Source: Candidatus Saccharimonadota bacterium (GTDB taxonomy: Bacteria > Patescibacteriota > Gracilibacteria > UBA1369 > 2-02-FULL-48-14). From it: 32,000 bases of DNA. Within the stretch, counting starts at the first letter, position 1. Each line of letters opens with the position of its first letter. Below, in pieces: positions 24,449 through 32,000 of the stretch. The stretch spans positions 240,001 through 272,000 of the forward strand of contig CP064962.1 of NCBI GenBank assembly GCA_016699145.1, read 5' to 3'. The notes under the pieces were generated by a model. It saw only the letters and a list, made by a program, of their open reading frames with translations, was not told where the DNA came from and searched no databases. The position numbers and the translations under genes were made by a program.

Positions 24449-25482
24449 AAATTGTCATTTTAGCCGGAGGAGCCGGATCGCGCCTCTGGCCCATGAGCTC
24501 CAAGAAAAAGCCCAAGCAGTTTCAAAAATTGGTGTCCGATAAAACCATGCTCCAAGAAACCTGGAACCGTGTCTCTTTTGTGAAACCTGAGGACATTTAT
24601 GTGAGCACCAATGCCGAATACGCCCACTATGTGCGCGAAGAACTGCCCGACTTGCCTAGCGAAAACCTCATCCTAGAACCCAGCATGCAAGACACCGGAC
24701 CTTGCATCGGCTTGGCCGCCGCACTCATCGCCAAAAAAGACCCTGAGGCTGTAATGGCCATTGTTTACGCAGATCATCTGGTGCAAGACGTCGCTGAATT
24801 CGAAGCCAAACTGCGAGCTGCCGAAAAACTTGCCGCCACCGAAAACACCTTGAACATCATTGAAGTGAAAGCCAAGTACCCCAACACCAATCTAGGCTAC
24901 GTGCGCATCGGACGCATGCTGCACGAAGAAGACGGCATCGAAATTTATGAGTTCAAAGCTTTTAAAGAAAAACCTGACTACGAAACCGCCAAACGCTTCC
25001 TTTCTTCCTACAGCTACCTCTGGAACACCGGTTATTACGTGTGGAAAGTTTCCACCATCCTAGAAGAATTCGCCAAACACTTGCCCAAGACCTACGAGCA
25101 ACTTCAGTCGATCGCTTCTGGCACCCCGCTCGAAACGGCCTACCCTCAGTGCGATAAAATTTCCATCGACTATGGGGTGATGGAAAAAGTGGATCCCTCC
25201 CGCGTGCGCATCATTCCAGCCGACCTCGGTTGGAGCGACATCGGCACCTTCGCTTCCTTACACGAAGAACTCGCCCGCAGCGCCAAAGACAATCTCATTA
25301 AAGGCAAAATCATCGCCGTAGAAAACGAAGGCTGCGTGCTCTACAACGAAGGCTCCGACCCCATTGCCACCTTCGGCCTCAAAAACATGGTCGTGGTGAA
25401 CGCCGGCGGACATACCCTGATTTGTTCGAAGGAAAAAAGCAACGATTTAAAAGAGCTTTTAAGTAAACTAGAAAGCCTTTAA
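24445..25482 (+). CDS. Mannose-1-phosphate guanylyltransferase-type nucleotidyltransferase, lacking a fused isomerase domain.
   Basis: MKIVILAGGAGSRLWPMS..KPKQF, DTGPCIGLAA, WNTGYYVWK, DLGWSDIGTF. Confidence 0.85.
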   Translation: MKIVILAGGAGSRLWPMSSKKKPKQFQKLVSDKTMLQETWNRVSFVKPEDIYVSTNAEYAHYVREELPDLPSENLILEPSMQDTGPCIGLAAALIAKKDPEAVMAIVYADHLVQDVAEFEAKLRAAEKLAATENTLNIIEVKAKYPNTNLGYVRIGRMLHEEDGIEIYEFKAFKEKPDYETAKRFLSSYSYLWNTGYYVWKVSTILEEFAKHLPKTYEQLQSIASGTPLETAYPQCDKISIDYGVMEKVDPSRVRIIPADLGWSDIGTFASLHEELARSAKDNLIKGKIIAVENEGCVLYNEGSDPIATFGLKNMVVVNAGGHTLICSKEKSNDLKELLSKLESL

Positions 25483-25506
25483 AGTAAGAAAACTTAGTCA
25501 TTTTCA

Positions 25507-25929
25507 ATGAACAATCAAACTCCCATCAAAGAAGTGCTTAAACCTTGGGGCAAGGAACTCTGGTTTGCCGTCGAGCCCGAATATGTAGGGAAAATCCTCT
25601 GCCTCAAAAAAGGCCACCGCTACTCTTTGCAATACCACGAAAAAAAGAAGGAGACGCAATACCTCATGAAGGGCAAAATCAAATTCTACCTGGGCAACAG
25701 CGTGGATGCACTCGATGAAATCATTCTGAACCCCGGCGACAAACTGGACGTGCACCCCGGTGTGATCCACCGCGCGGAAGCCTTGGAAGACTCCGAAATT
25801 TTCGAGGTCTCCACGAACGACTTAGACGACGTTGTAAAACTGTCAGACGACTACGGCCGTAGCGGCAAAGGCAACGATTTTGAAAACGATGCAAGCTTGG
25901 CTAGAAAGTCAGAGTTATTCAAGCTTTGA
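25507..25929 (+). CDS. Stand-alone cupin, type II phosphomannose-isomerase-like.
   Basis: KPWGKELWF...GKILCLKKGHRYSLQYHEKKKETQYLMKGKIKF...HPGVIHRAEAL. Confidence 0.75.
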   Translation: MNNQTPIKEVLKPWGKELWFAVEPEYVGKILCLKKGHRYSLQYHEKKKETQYLMKGKIKFYLGNSVDALDEIILNPGDKLDVHPGVIHRAEALEDSEIFEVSTNDLDDVVKLSDDYGRSGKGNDFENDASLARKSELFKL

Positions 25930-26112
25930 TAGAAGGTAAATCACAAAGAGACATTTCAAAAGGCTAAAAATCAGCATCGGAAAAGTCACAAGGGGTTCAC
26001 GCGTAGTTAAATTTGGGAAAACAAATTGGAATAAAATGCTGGAAAATTTGTGAAACATTGCCTAGCACTGCAGGGCTGGTTCGCTCGCCAAATAATCCTC
26101 AATTCAAGCCCA

Positions 26113-26375
26113 TGAACTTAGTCGCACTATTAATATCAATAACAGCATTGGTCGTTTCCACCGCCGTTGCAATATGGGGTTGGTGGCGACATCGAAATGT
26201 TTATGACATTGAAAGAACCTTGTTTTTTCGACAAAATGAAGCTAAAAGATCAGATCAAAATTCAAAGCACAATGAAGAATTAAAGAAAAAACTCAATTCT
26301 GGACATTACACAATACTGCACACCGGAGAATATGGTGGCTACATAGAATTGATCCTTGGAAAAATTAAAAAGTGA
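26113..26375 (+). CDS. Small single-pass membrane protein (87 aa), hypothetical.
   Basis: Internal ATG of ORF 26013..26375. MNLVALLISITALVVSTAVAIWGWW, then a charged tail. Confidence 0.35.
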
Positions 26376-26430
26376 TTGTTGCGATGGCCTATGGGGCTCA
26401 CTTTTTGTTTTATTTTCATCCTGTGATAAA

Positions 26431-26580
26431 ATGGGCTCGCTTAAAATTTTCCATTATGAAAACAGCACAGTTTACATCGAGCAAGATGAGGATGGAATGT
26501 TCATCGGATCAATCCCAGCAGTGAAAAATTTTAACGATATTCAGCTTTCCGTAGAAGAATACGAAAAACTAAGAAAATAA
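26431..26580 (+). CDS. 49-aa HicB/UPF0150-like fragment or mini-protein.
   Basis: STVYIEQDEDGMFIGSIPAVKNF resembles the N-terminal strand pattern of HicB-type antitoxins (v-iE-dedG-y-a-vP). No DNA-binding C-terminus and no adjacent hicA. Confidence 0.3.
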   Translation: MGSLKIFHYENSTVYIEQDEDGMFIGSIPAVKNFNDIQLSVEEYEKLRK

Positions 26581-26593
26581 AAACCACTCAGAA

Positions 26594-27208
26594 ATGAAAC
26601 GTATCGACCTCACCCACACCTTCACGCACGACATGCCCGTTTACCCGGGTGATTCACAGCCAGAATTGATCGAAACGGCTGATGATTACGAAGGTGGAAA
26701 AATCATTCATTATCAGCTCAAAACCAGTATGCATGTGGGCACTCACATGGACGCCCCTTTGCACATGCTCCCCAATGGCAAACGCATCAATGAGTATGAC
26801 GTGGATCATTTTTTTGGCAGAGGCCATCTCATAGATGCACGAGGCAAAGCGATAGATCTTGATTTGCTTGAAGGACAATCCATTTCAAAAGGAGACATCG
26901 TTCTCATCCTCACAGGCTTTTCCAAAATCTTTGGCACCCCTGAATATTACGAATCTTACCCAGAGATAAGCGAAACCTTCGCCTCAAAAATGGTGGAACT
27001 GGGTGTCCATATTGTGGGTACAGACACGCCAAGTCCAGATCGATCCCCCTTTGCCATTCACAAAATATTGCTAGGAAGCGACATCTTGATCATTGAGAAT
27101 CTTACCCACTTAGAAGCTCTGTTGGGGCAGGAGCCATTCACGGTCACTGCCTTGCCCGTTAAATTTGATGCGGAGGCAGCTCCGGTTAGAGTGGTTGCGG
27201 AAATTTAA
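26594..27208 (+). CDS. Cyclase-family protein / kynurenine-formamidase-like metal hydrolase.
   Basis: DLTHTF...MPVYPGD, HVGTHMDAPLHM (HxGTHxDxPxH), GTDTPSPD, IIENL. Confidence 0.8.
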   Translation: MKRIDLTHTFTHDMPVYPGDSQPELIETADDYEGGKIIHYQLKTSMHVGTHMDAPLHMLPNGKRINEYDVDHFFGRGHLIDARGKAIDLDLLEGQSISKGDIVLILTGFSKIFGTPEYYESYPEISETFASKMVELGVHIVGTDTPSPDRSPFAIHKILLGSDILIIENLTHLEALLGQEPFTVTALPVKFDAEAAPVRVVAEI

Positions 27209-27248
27209 CCAGGGTTTACACTTCGTGCATATTTTACAATATTCAAAC

Positions 27249-27278
27249 TTGGACGTTGTACGAAAAATATGCTAGAAT
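27249..27278 (+). promoter_or_regulatory. Sigma70-like promoter with an extended -10.
   Basis: TTGGAC (27249-27254), an 18-nt spacer ending in TGC, then TAGAAT (27273-27278). This would give a ~130-nt A/T-rich leader before the ATG at 27415. Confidence 0.35.
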
Positions 27279-27414
27279 GTAAGCATTACAGTTTAAAAAA
27301 ACAAAACTATGAAAAGTCCCGATAGAATAGACATATTTCCCTTCACCATCTATACAACCGTTGTAAAAAATAAAACAAACGGTATATTTTCGTAGTACAA
27401 GTAACCCACTGAAC

Positions 27415-27756
27415 ATGAAAAACTTAGCTACAATAATGGCTTTAGTATTATTAGCCTTTCCTGGCTGTTCCACCTCAGAACCTAGCGGAACTGAAAGTGA
27501 AATCACAAATGACCACGAAACAACGGGGGATCATGATCAGGGTGCACCTGAGGATTCAGAAAAAGAAGTCGCCTGTGAAGACTCAGGAGGTAGATTCTCA
27601 GATGAAACTTGCGAATGCCCAGACGAAACCTATGGAGACGCAGAATGGCCTCTTTATACTTATGACGAAGAAACGGGCTATTGCATAGATGCCCTTGGCA
27701 TTCCAGGCGGAGCGCTTGGAGAAGAAGAAAAAGAGAACCACCCTCTAGCGGAGTAA
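27415..27756 (+). CDS. Small acidic secreted protein, probably a lipoprotein.
   Basis: MKNLATIMALVLLAFPGCSTSEP has a signal peptide with an imperfect lipobox. The mature part is Asp/Glu-rich with 4 Cys. Confidence 0.6.
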   Translation: MKNLATIMALVLLAFPGCSTSEPSGTESEITNDHETTGDHDQGAPEDSEKEVACEDSGGRFSDETCECPDETYGDAEWPLYTYDEETGYCIDALGIPGGALGEEEKENHPLAE

Positions 27757-27815
27757 AGTCAGACTGTTTTACCTCACACAACAGAGGAGTAACATATTTA
27801 GGTTTAAAATAATTT

Positions 27816-28031
27816 ATGAATAGGAAGGTAAAAAAAACATTATTATGGATCCTAGTATTTACAGTAATGATATTAATATTATTCTTTTTCTTTGCCTTAA
27901 GTCATGCAATTCCATTTGATGAAGTACTGGAAGGACCTAAACCAGGAGAACGAAAAATCGTTACATACATACTTTTAATTCTAATACTAACAGAAATCTT
28001 TTTATTAAAACGTATTTTTAAGAAAGAATAA
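27816..28031 (+). CDS. Small two-TM membrane protein, hypothetical.
   Basis: ORF track. Hydrophobic segments LLWILVFTVMILILFFFFAL and IVTYILLILILTEIFLL. Confidence 0.4.
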   Translation: MNRKVKKTLLWILVFTVMILILFFFFALSHAIPFDEVLEGPKPGERKIVTYILLILILTEIFLLKRIFKKE

Positions 28032-28065
28032 ACGGAACATTTGATCATATAAAAGAAAAAGCCGA

Positions 28066-28695
28066 ATGCCACTCCTACCCCACTCAAACCTTGTCCGTCT
28101 TTTCATTCTACTCGCGATACTCGCGGGAACAGCCTTTGGGCTCTACATCCATTCCAAACCTGAACCTCTGGTCGGCGACATCCACACCCACGCCGACTTC
28201 AAAGTGTACCTAAACGGAACCGCTTATGACTTTGCCCAAGAAAAATACATGTCTGAAGAAGGCTCCCCACTCAGTCCCTTCGCCCACCTGCACGACGGGG
28301 ATGGAACGGTGATTCACAAACACATGAGTGGCATCACTCTCGGTGATTTTTTTGAATCCATTGGAATGAAGCTCAGCGAGACCTGCTTCACCTTAGACAA
28401 CGGCACCACCTACTGCAACGACGCGGAAAACACCCTAAAATTTTTCGTGAACGGAAAGTTGAACAAGAAATTTGATCAATATGAATTCGGCGATTTAGAT
28501 CGCCTGTTGCTCACTTATGGAGATGAAACAGAAGAAGAGCTCCAAATTCAAGTTCAAAGTGTGGGCGACAAAGCCTGCATTTATTCGGAACAATGCCCCG
28601 AACGAGGCACGCCTCCCGACGAAAGTTCTTGCACCGGCGCCACAGATGGCTGCCTACCCGCCCAAGCGCATACTCATGCGGAAAACGCAGGGTGA
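28066..28695 (+). CDS. Membrane-anchored extracytoplasmic protein with His clusters, unknown function.
   Basis: N-terminal TM LVRLFILLAILAGTAFGLYI, then IHTHADFKVYLNG...FAHLHDGDGTVIHKH...TLGDFFESIG...FFVNGK, and a Cys-rich tail. Confidence 0.55.
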   Translation: MPLLPHSNLVRLFILLAILAGTAFGLYIHSKPEPLVGDIHTHADFKVYLNGTAYDFAQEKYMSEEGSPLSPFAHLHDGDGTVIHKHMSGITLGDFFESIGMKLSETCFTLDNGTTYCNDAENTLKFFVNGKLNKKFDQYEFGDLDRLLLTYGDETEEELQIQVQSVGDKACIYSEQCPERGTPPDESSCTGATDGCLPAQAHTHAENAG

Positions 28696-28739
28696 GAATA
28701 CAAAAAAAGAATTTGACAAGTCGACAGCAATTGAGCGGC

Positions 28740-28767
28740 TTGTTTTAAAGAAGTTTGGCCGTATAAT
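28740..28767 (+). promoter_or_regulatory. Sigma70-like promoter candidate for secDF.
   Basis: TTGTTT (28740-28745), a 16-nt spacer, then TATAAT (28762-28767), 30 nt before the ATG at 28798. Confidence 0.35.
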
Positions 28768-28797
28768 TTCGCCGCAAACTATCCTTTATATTTTCCT

Positions 28798-31700
28798 ATG
28801 GCGTGGACTTCTAAACGTACGCTCGCGGCAAAAACTCTGCTCATTTTGGTGTTCGCGGGTCTGCTTTCTTATTTCGACAGCACTACCGATCTCAAACTGG
28901 GGCTCGACCTCAAAGGGGGAACTCAACTCGATTACTCCATCGACCTGAGTGAAGTGGCCCTTGCCGACCAAAAACAGCTGGTGGAAGGGGTGAAAGAGGT
29001 GATCCGCCGCCGCGTCGACAGCCTAGGGGTGGCTGAACCCAGCATTTATGATTCTAAAGTGGGAGATGAATTTCACGTGATTGTAGAATTGGCCGGTGTT
29101 CAAGATTTAGAAGAAGCCAAAGCCATCGTAGGGAAAACCATACAATTGGAATTCAGAGAAGAAGAGCCAAACCCGGACAACAGTAAGCAAGTGGCTTGGG
29201 CCAATGAAGCCGCTAAAAACTTCCTAAGCCAAGTGAATGCCGGTGAAAACTTTCAAAGCCTAGGAGAAAAAGAACGCAACGAAAACAAACAAAACGTGCA
29301 ATTCACAGCGCACACCGGCTCTAAAATAGAAGATTTGCCTGCCGACCTCCAAACGGCTATCGAAGGGAAAAGTGAAGGCAGTCTCGTGGGTCCCTTGGAT
29401 CTGACAGGAGCCTACACGGTGAACTCAACAGGAAATTTGAGTGCCTTCAGCGGAACCGGTCTCATCCAAGTGGGAGCACGTCACATGGAAACAGAAGAAA
29501 AAGAGATTCCAGAAACCGTCAGTGCTCGCCACATTTTAGTGAGCTGGAATGAAATCAATGAGGAGCAAACACGCAGTAAAGAAGAAGCCCTCGCCCGCAT
29601 TCAAGAAGTGCAAAACAAACTTGCAGAAGGGCAAAGTTTTGAAGAACTCGCCAAAGAATATTCTGAAGATCCTGGCAGCAAAGATAAAGGAGGCGACCTG
29701 GGAGCTTTTGGTCGTGGAGCCATGGTGGAAGCCTTTGAAGAAACGGCATTCAGCACCGAAGTGGGACAGATTTCTGAACCTATAGAAAGCGATTTTGGTT
29801 ACCACCTGATTCAAGTTTACGACAAACAAGAAGCCGCTACCGAAACAGTGGAGATCGAAAAAATAGATGTGAACAGCATCATCTGGAACACCACCGCCGA
29901 TCCTTGGAAAGAAGAAGCCGTCCTCACCGGGGAACATTTTGAACACGCAGACGTTCAATTCAACGGCTCTTATCAACCTTTTGTGAGCATCACCTTCGAT
30001 GAAGAAGGAGGTAAAATTTTTGAAGAACTCACAGGAAGAAACATCAATAAAAGCATTGCCATTTTCGTGGGTGGAGAACTGATTTCCGCTCCCACGGTTC
30101 AAGCTCAAATCAGCGGTGGACAAGCACAAATTTCAGGGAGTTTCACCATTGAAGAAGCTCAAGAACTGGCTCGTGATCTCAATACCGGAGCCATCCCTGC
30201 CCCCGTTGAACTGGTGGGACAACACAACATCAGCGCCACCCTTGGGGAAGAAGCGTTGAATCAAAGTTTACACGCAGGACTCATTGGTGTGCTCGTGCTG
30301 GCCCTCTTCATGATTCTCTACTACCGCTTGCCAGGACTCATCGCCTCTGTCGCTCTGGCCATCTATTCGGCCTTGCTCATCTTCGTGATCAAAAGCTCAG
30401 TCCCCGTACTGCTCTCCATCTTGGTCAGCCTGGGCATCTTCTCTTACCTCGTCTACCTCATCCTCAAGAGTCGTGATTCTTTAGGAGAAAAATGCATCGC
30501 CTTTGTAGTGGCTTGTTTTGGACTCTTCTTCCTGGCTTCCGTACTGGCTAGCCCCATCACCCTGACCTTAGCGGGCATCGCCGGGGTCGTGCTCTCTATT
30601 GGAATGGCCGTGGACGCGAACATCCTCATTTTCGAACGCATGAAAGAAGAACTCCGAGAAGGACGTACCTTACACAGTGCCATCGATGAAGGGTTCAAGC
30701 GAGCCTGGGAGTCCATCCGCGACTCCAACTTTTCTTCGCTCATCACTTGTGGCATTTTGTTCTACTTTGGCTCCTCCATCATTCGTGGTTTTGCAGCCAA
30801 CCTAGCGCTCGGTATTTTGGTTTCCATGTTCAGCGCCATTTTGCTCACACGCACCTTGTTGCTCTTCACTGCCGAAAGCGGCCTTTCTAAAAAAATGGGG
30901 CTCTGGGGCAGCAACATCAAAAAAGAACCCAAACCTTGGCCTATCATGAAGTTCTCTGGCCTTTGGACAGCTCTCTCTGGCCTGCTCGCCGTAGTGGCCA
31001 TTGTGGCCGTGCTGATTTTTGGAGTACGCCTCGGCCTCGATTTCACCGGTGGAACCAGCCTGGAAGTGAAACTCAATAACCCTGAAATAACCAAAGAAGA
31101 AGTGATCAGCGATGTGGAAGCAGTGGCCAGCGCTCTGGGCGAAGATTTGGGCTCCCCGCAAGTGCTTTCCAACGACGAAGGCCATTTCATCATTCGTCTC
31201 AAACACATCTCTGAAGAAGACCGTGTCGCCCTCATGAGCAAATTCAAAGAAAGCAGTCCCAATTTAGAGGAGATCCGTTTCACAACCGTAGGCCCTGTGA
31301 TCGGAGACACGCTCAAACAAAAAGCAGCTCTGGCCTTGGGACTCACTTCCATCATGATTGTGCTGTACATTGCCTTTGCCTTCCGACGCATCCCTAAAGA
31401 GGTCAGCCCTTGGCGCTTTGGGATGTCCGCTATTGTGGCCTTGATCCACGACGTGCTCATTGTTTTTGGCGTCTTCGTGGTGCTCGGGCATTATTACGGA
31501 GTAGAGATGGACGCCCTCTTCATCACGGCGCTGCTCACCATCATGGGATTCTCGGTGCACGACACCATTGTGGTTTTCGACCGTATTCGCGAGAATTTGC
31601 GTCACCGCAGTGAAAAAGAAACTTTGATGGAAACCGCGAACAAAGCCCTCAATCAAACACTGGCGCGTTCCATAAACACTTCCATTTCTACGCTCATCAC

Positions 31701-31851
31701 CATCGTGGCCATGCTCATTCTGGGCCCCGAAAGCATTCGCATGTTCCTACTCGCGCTGACCGTGGGTATTGTGGCCGGAACCTATTCCTCCATCTTCATT
31801 GCCAGCCCTCTCATGGTTTGGTGGAACAACTGGGCCGTCAAACGTCGATAA
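28798..31851 (+). CDS. secDF: Fused protein-export membrane protein SecD-SecF carrying an inserted parvulin-type peptidyl-prolyl isomerase module in the SecD periplasmic domain.
   Basis: SecD: LGLDLKGGTQL, RRRVDSLGVAEPSI, IVELAG, IAIFVGGELISAPTVQAQISGGQAQISGSF, NTGAIPAPVE, and a TM bundle with GMAVDANILIFERMKEE. SecF from about 30925: LGLDFTGGTSLEV, VGPVIGDTL, VHDTIVVFDRIREN, RSINTSISTL. Inserted rotamase: ARHILVSW...GGDLGAFGRGAMVEAFEE...GYHLIQV (29515-29830). Confidence 0.9.
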   Translation: MAWTSKRTLAAKTLLILVFAGLLSYFDSTTDLKLGLDLKGGTQLDYSIDLSEVALADQKQLVEGVKEVIRRRVDSLGVAEPSIYDSKVGDEFHVIVELAGVQDLEEAKAIVGKTIQLEFREEEPNPDNSKQVAWANEAAKNFLSQVNAGENFQSLGEKERNENKQNVQFTAHTGSKIEDLPADLQTAIEGKSEGSLVGPLDLTGAYTVNSTGNLSAFSGTGLIQVGARHMETEEKEIPETVSARHILVSWNEINEEQTRSKEEALARIQEVQNKLAEGQSFEELAKEYSEDPGSKDKGGDLGAFGRGAMVEAFEETAFSTEVGQISEPIESDFGYHLIQVYDKQEAATETVEIEKIDVNSIIWNTTADPWKEEAVLTGEHFEHADVQFNGSYQPFVSITFDEEGGKIFEELTGRNINKSIAIFVGGELISAPTVQAQISGGQAQISGSFTIEEAQELARDLNTGAIPAPVELVGQHNISATLGEEALNQSLHAGLIGVLVLALFMILYYRLPGLIASVALAIYSALLIFVIKSSVPVLLSILVSLGIFSYLVYLILKSRDSLGEKCIAFVVACFGLFFLASVLASPITLTLAGIAGVVLSIGMAVDANILIFERMKEELREGRTLHSAIDEGFKRAWESIRDSNFSSLITCGILFYFGSSIIRGFAANLALGILVSMFSAILLTRTLLLFTAESGLSKKMGLWGSNIKKEPKPWPIMKFSGLWTALSGLLAVVAIVAVLIFGVRLGLDFTGGTSLEVKLNNPEITKEEVISDVEAVASALGEDLGSPQVLSNDEGHFIIRLKHISEEDRVALMSKFKESSPNLEEIRFTTVGPVIGDTLKQKAALALGLTSIMIVLYIAFAFRRIPKEVSPWRFGMSAIVALIHDVLIVFGVFVVLGHYYGVEMDALFITALLTIMGFSVHDTIVVFDRIRENLRHRSEKETLMETANKALNQTLARSINTSISTLITIVAMLILGPESIRMFLLALTVGIVAGTYSSIFIASPLMVWWNNWAVKRR

Positions 31852-31889
31852 AAGCCATTGGGTGCAATAAAAACCTATGTTACACTAGG

Positions 31890-31918
31890 CCCCGCCAGAT
31901 TGGCGGGGCTTTCTCTTC
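31890..31918 (+). terminator. Rho-independent terminator after secDF.
   Basis: ccccgcca-gat-tggcgggg forms an 8-bp G/C-rich stem, followed by the T-rich ctttctctt. Confidence 0.55.
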
Positions 31919-31951
31919 CAGCCCAGATCTTCAGAAGGAAATCAAAAAAAT

Positions 31952-32000
31952 GCACCCATAGCTCAACTGGATAGAGCACTGGTCTTCGGAACCAGGGGTT
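31952..32000 (+). tRNA. tRNA-Arg (anticodon UCG), 5' two-thirds only because it is truncated by the window end.
   Basis: GCACCCA acceptor arm, TA, D arm GCTC-AACTGGATA-GAGC, anticodon stem CTGGT/ACCAG with loop CT-TCG-GA. The T arm and 3' acceptor strand lie outside the window. Confidence 0.8.

Noticed and set aside
27243-27506. 87-aa minus-strand ORF.
   Set aside because: It overlaps the predicted promoter/leader and the start of the plus-strand lipoprotein-like gene. It also has odd composition and no plausible start context.

Overview
The window is a compact, mostly plus-strand housekeeping block from a bacterium using the standard code. TGA acts as a stop in three ATGA start/stop overlaps. 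Recognisable genes in order are gyrA (3' part), rpmE, tgt, ruvA, an M24 Xaa-Pro peptidase, a SerA-like dehydrogenase (minus strand), glmS, pyk, ruvC, a TPR protein, pilD, a split mannose-1-P guanylyltransferase plus cupin, a cyclase/formamidase, a fused secDF, and the 5' part of tRNA-Arg(UCG) at the right edge. Two large secreted proteins with Asp-rich calcium-binding repeats and C-terminal membrane anchors are also present. No rRNA, CRISPR array, transposase, integrase or reverse transcriptase was seen. Gene content (small tightly coupled genes, PilD, giant adhesin-like proteins, fused multifunctional proteins) resembles reduced-genome, Patescibacteria-like organisms, but taxonomy cannot be established here. 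Five observations stand out. (1) The SecDF fusion carries a complete parvulin (PpiC/PrsA-type) rotamase plus a degenerate second copy inside the periplasmic P1 domain of SecD. (2) An orphan, synonymously diverged 3' fragment of a second glmS sits directly after the gyrA stop, exactly at the left edge of a ~5 kb A/T-rich accessory island (1932-6910). (3) That island encodes a minus-strand operon of membrane proteins, including a polytopic-membrane/M15 (LAS) peptidoglycan peptidase fusion. (4) A translationally coupled alpha/beta-hydrolase-like gene and a PRMT-like methyltransferase with a double-E loop of eukaryotic spacing lie at 10330-12140. (5) Three genes (gyrA, ruvC, one island gene) are each broken by what looks like a single missing base in a homopolymer, which most likely reflects sequence quality. 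All domain calls come from reading the translations by eye; no searches were run.
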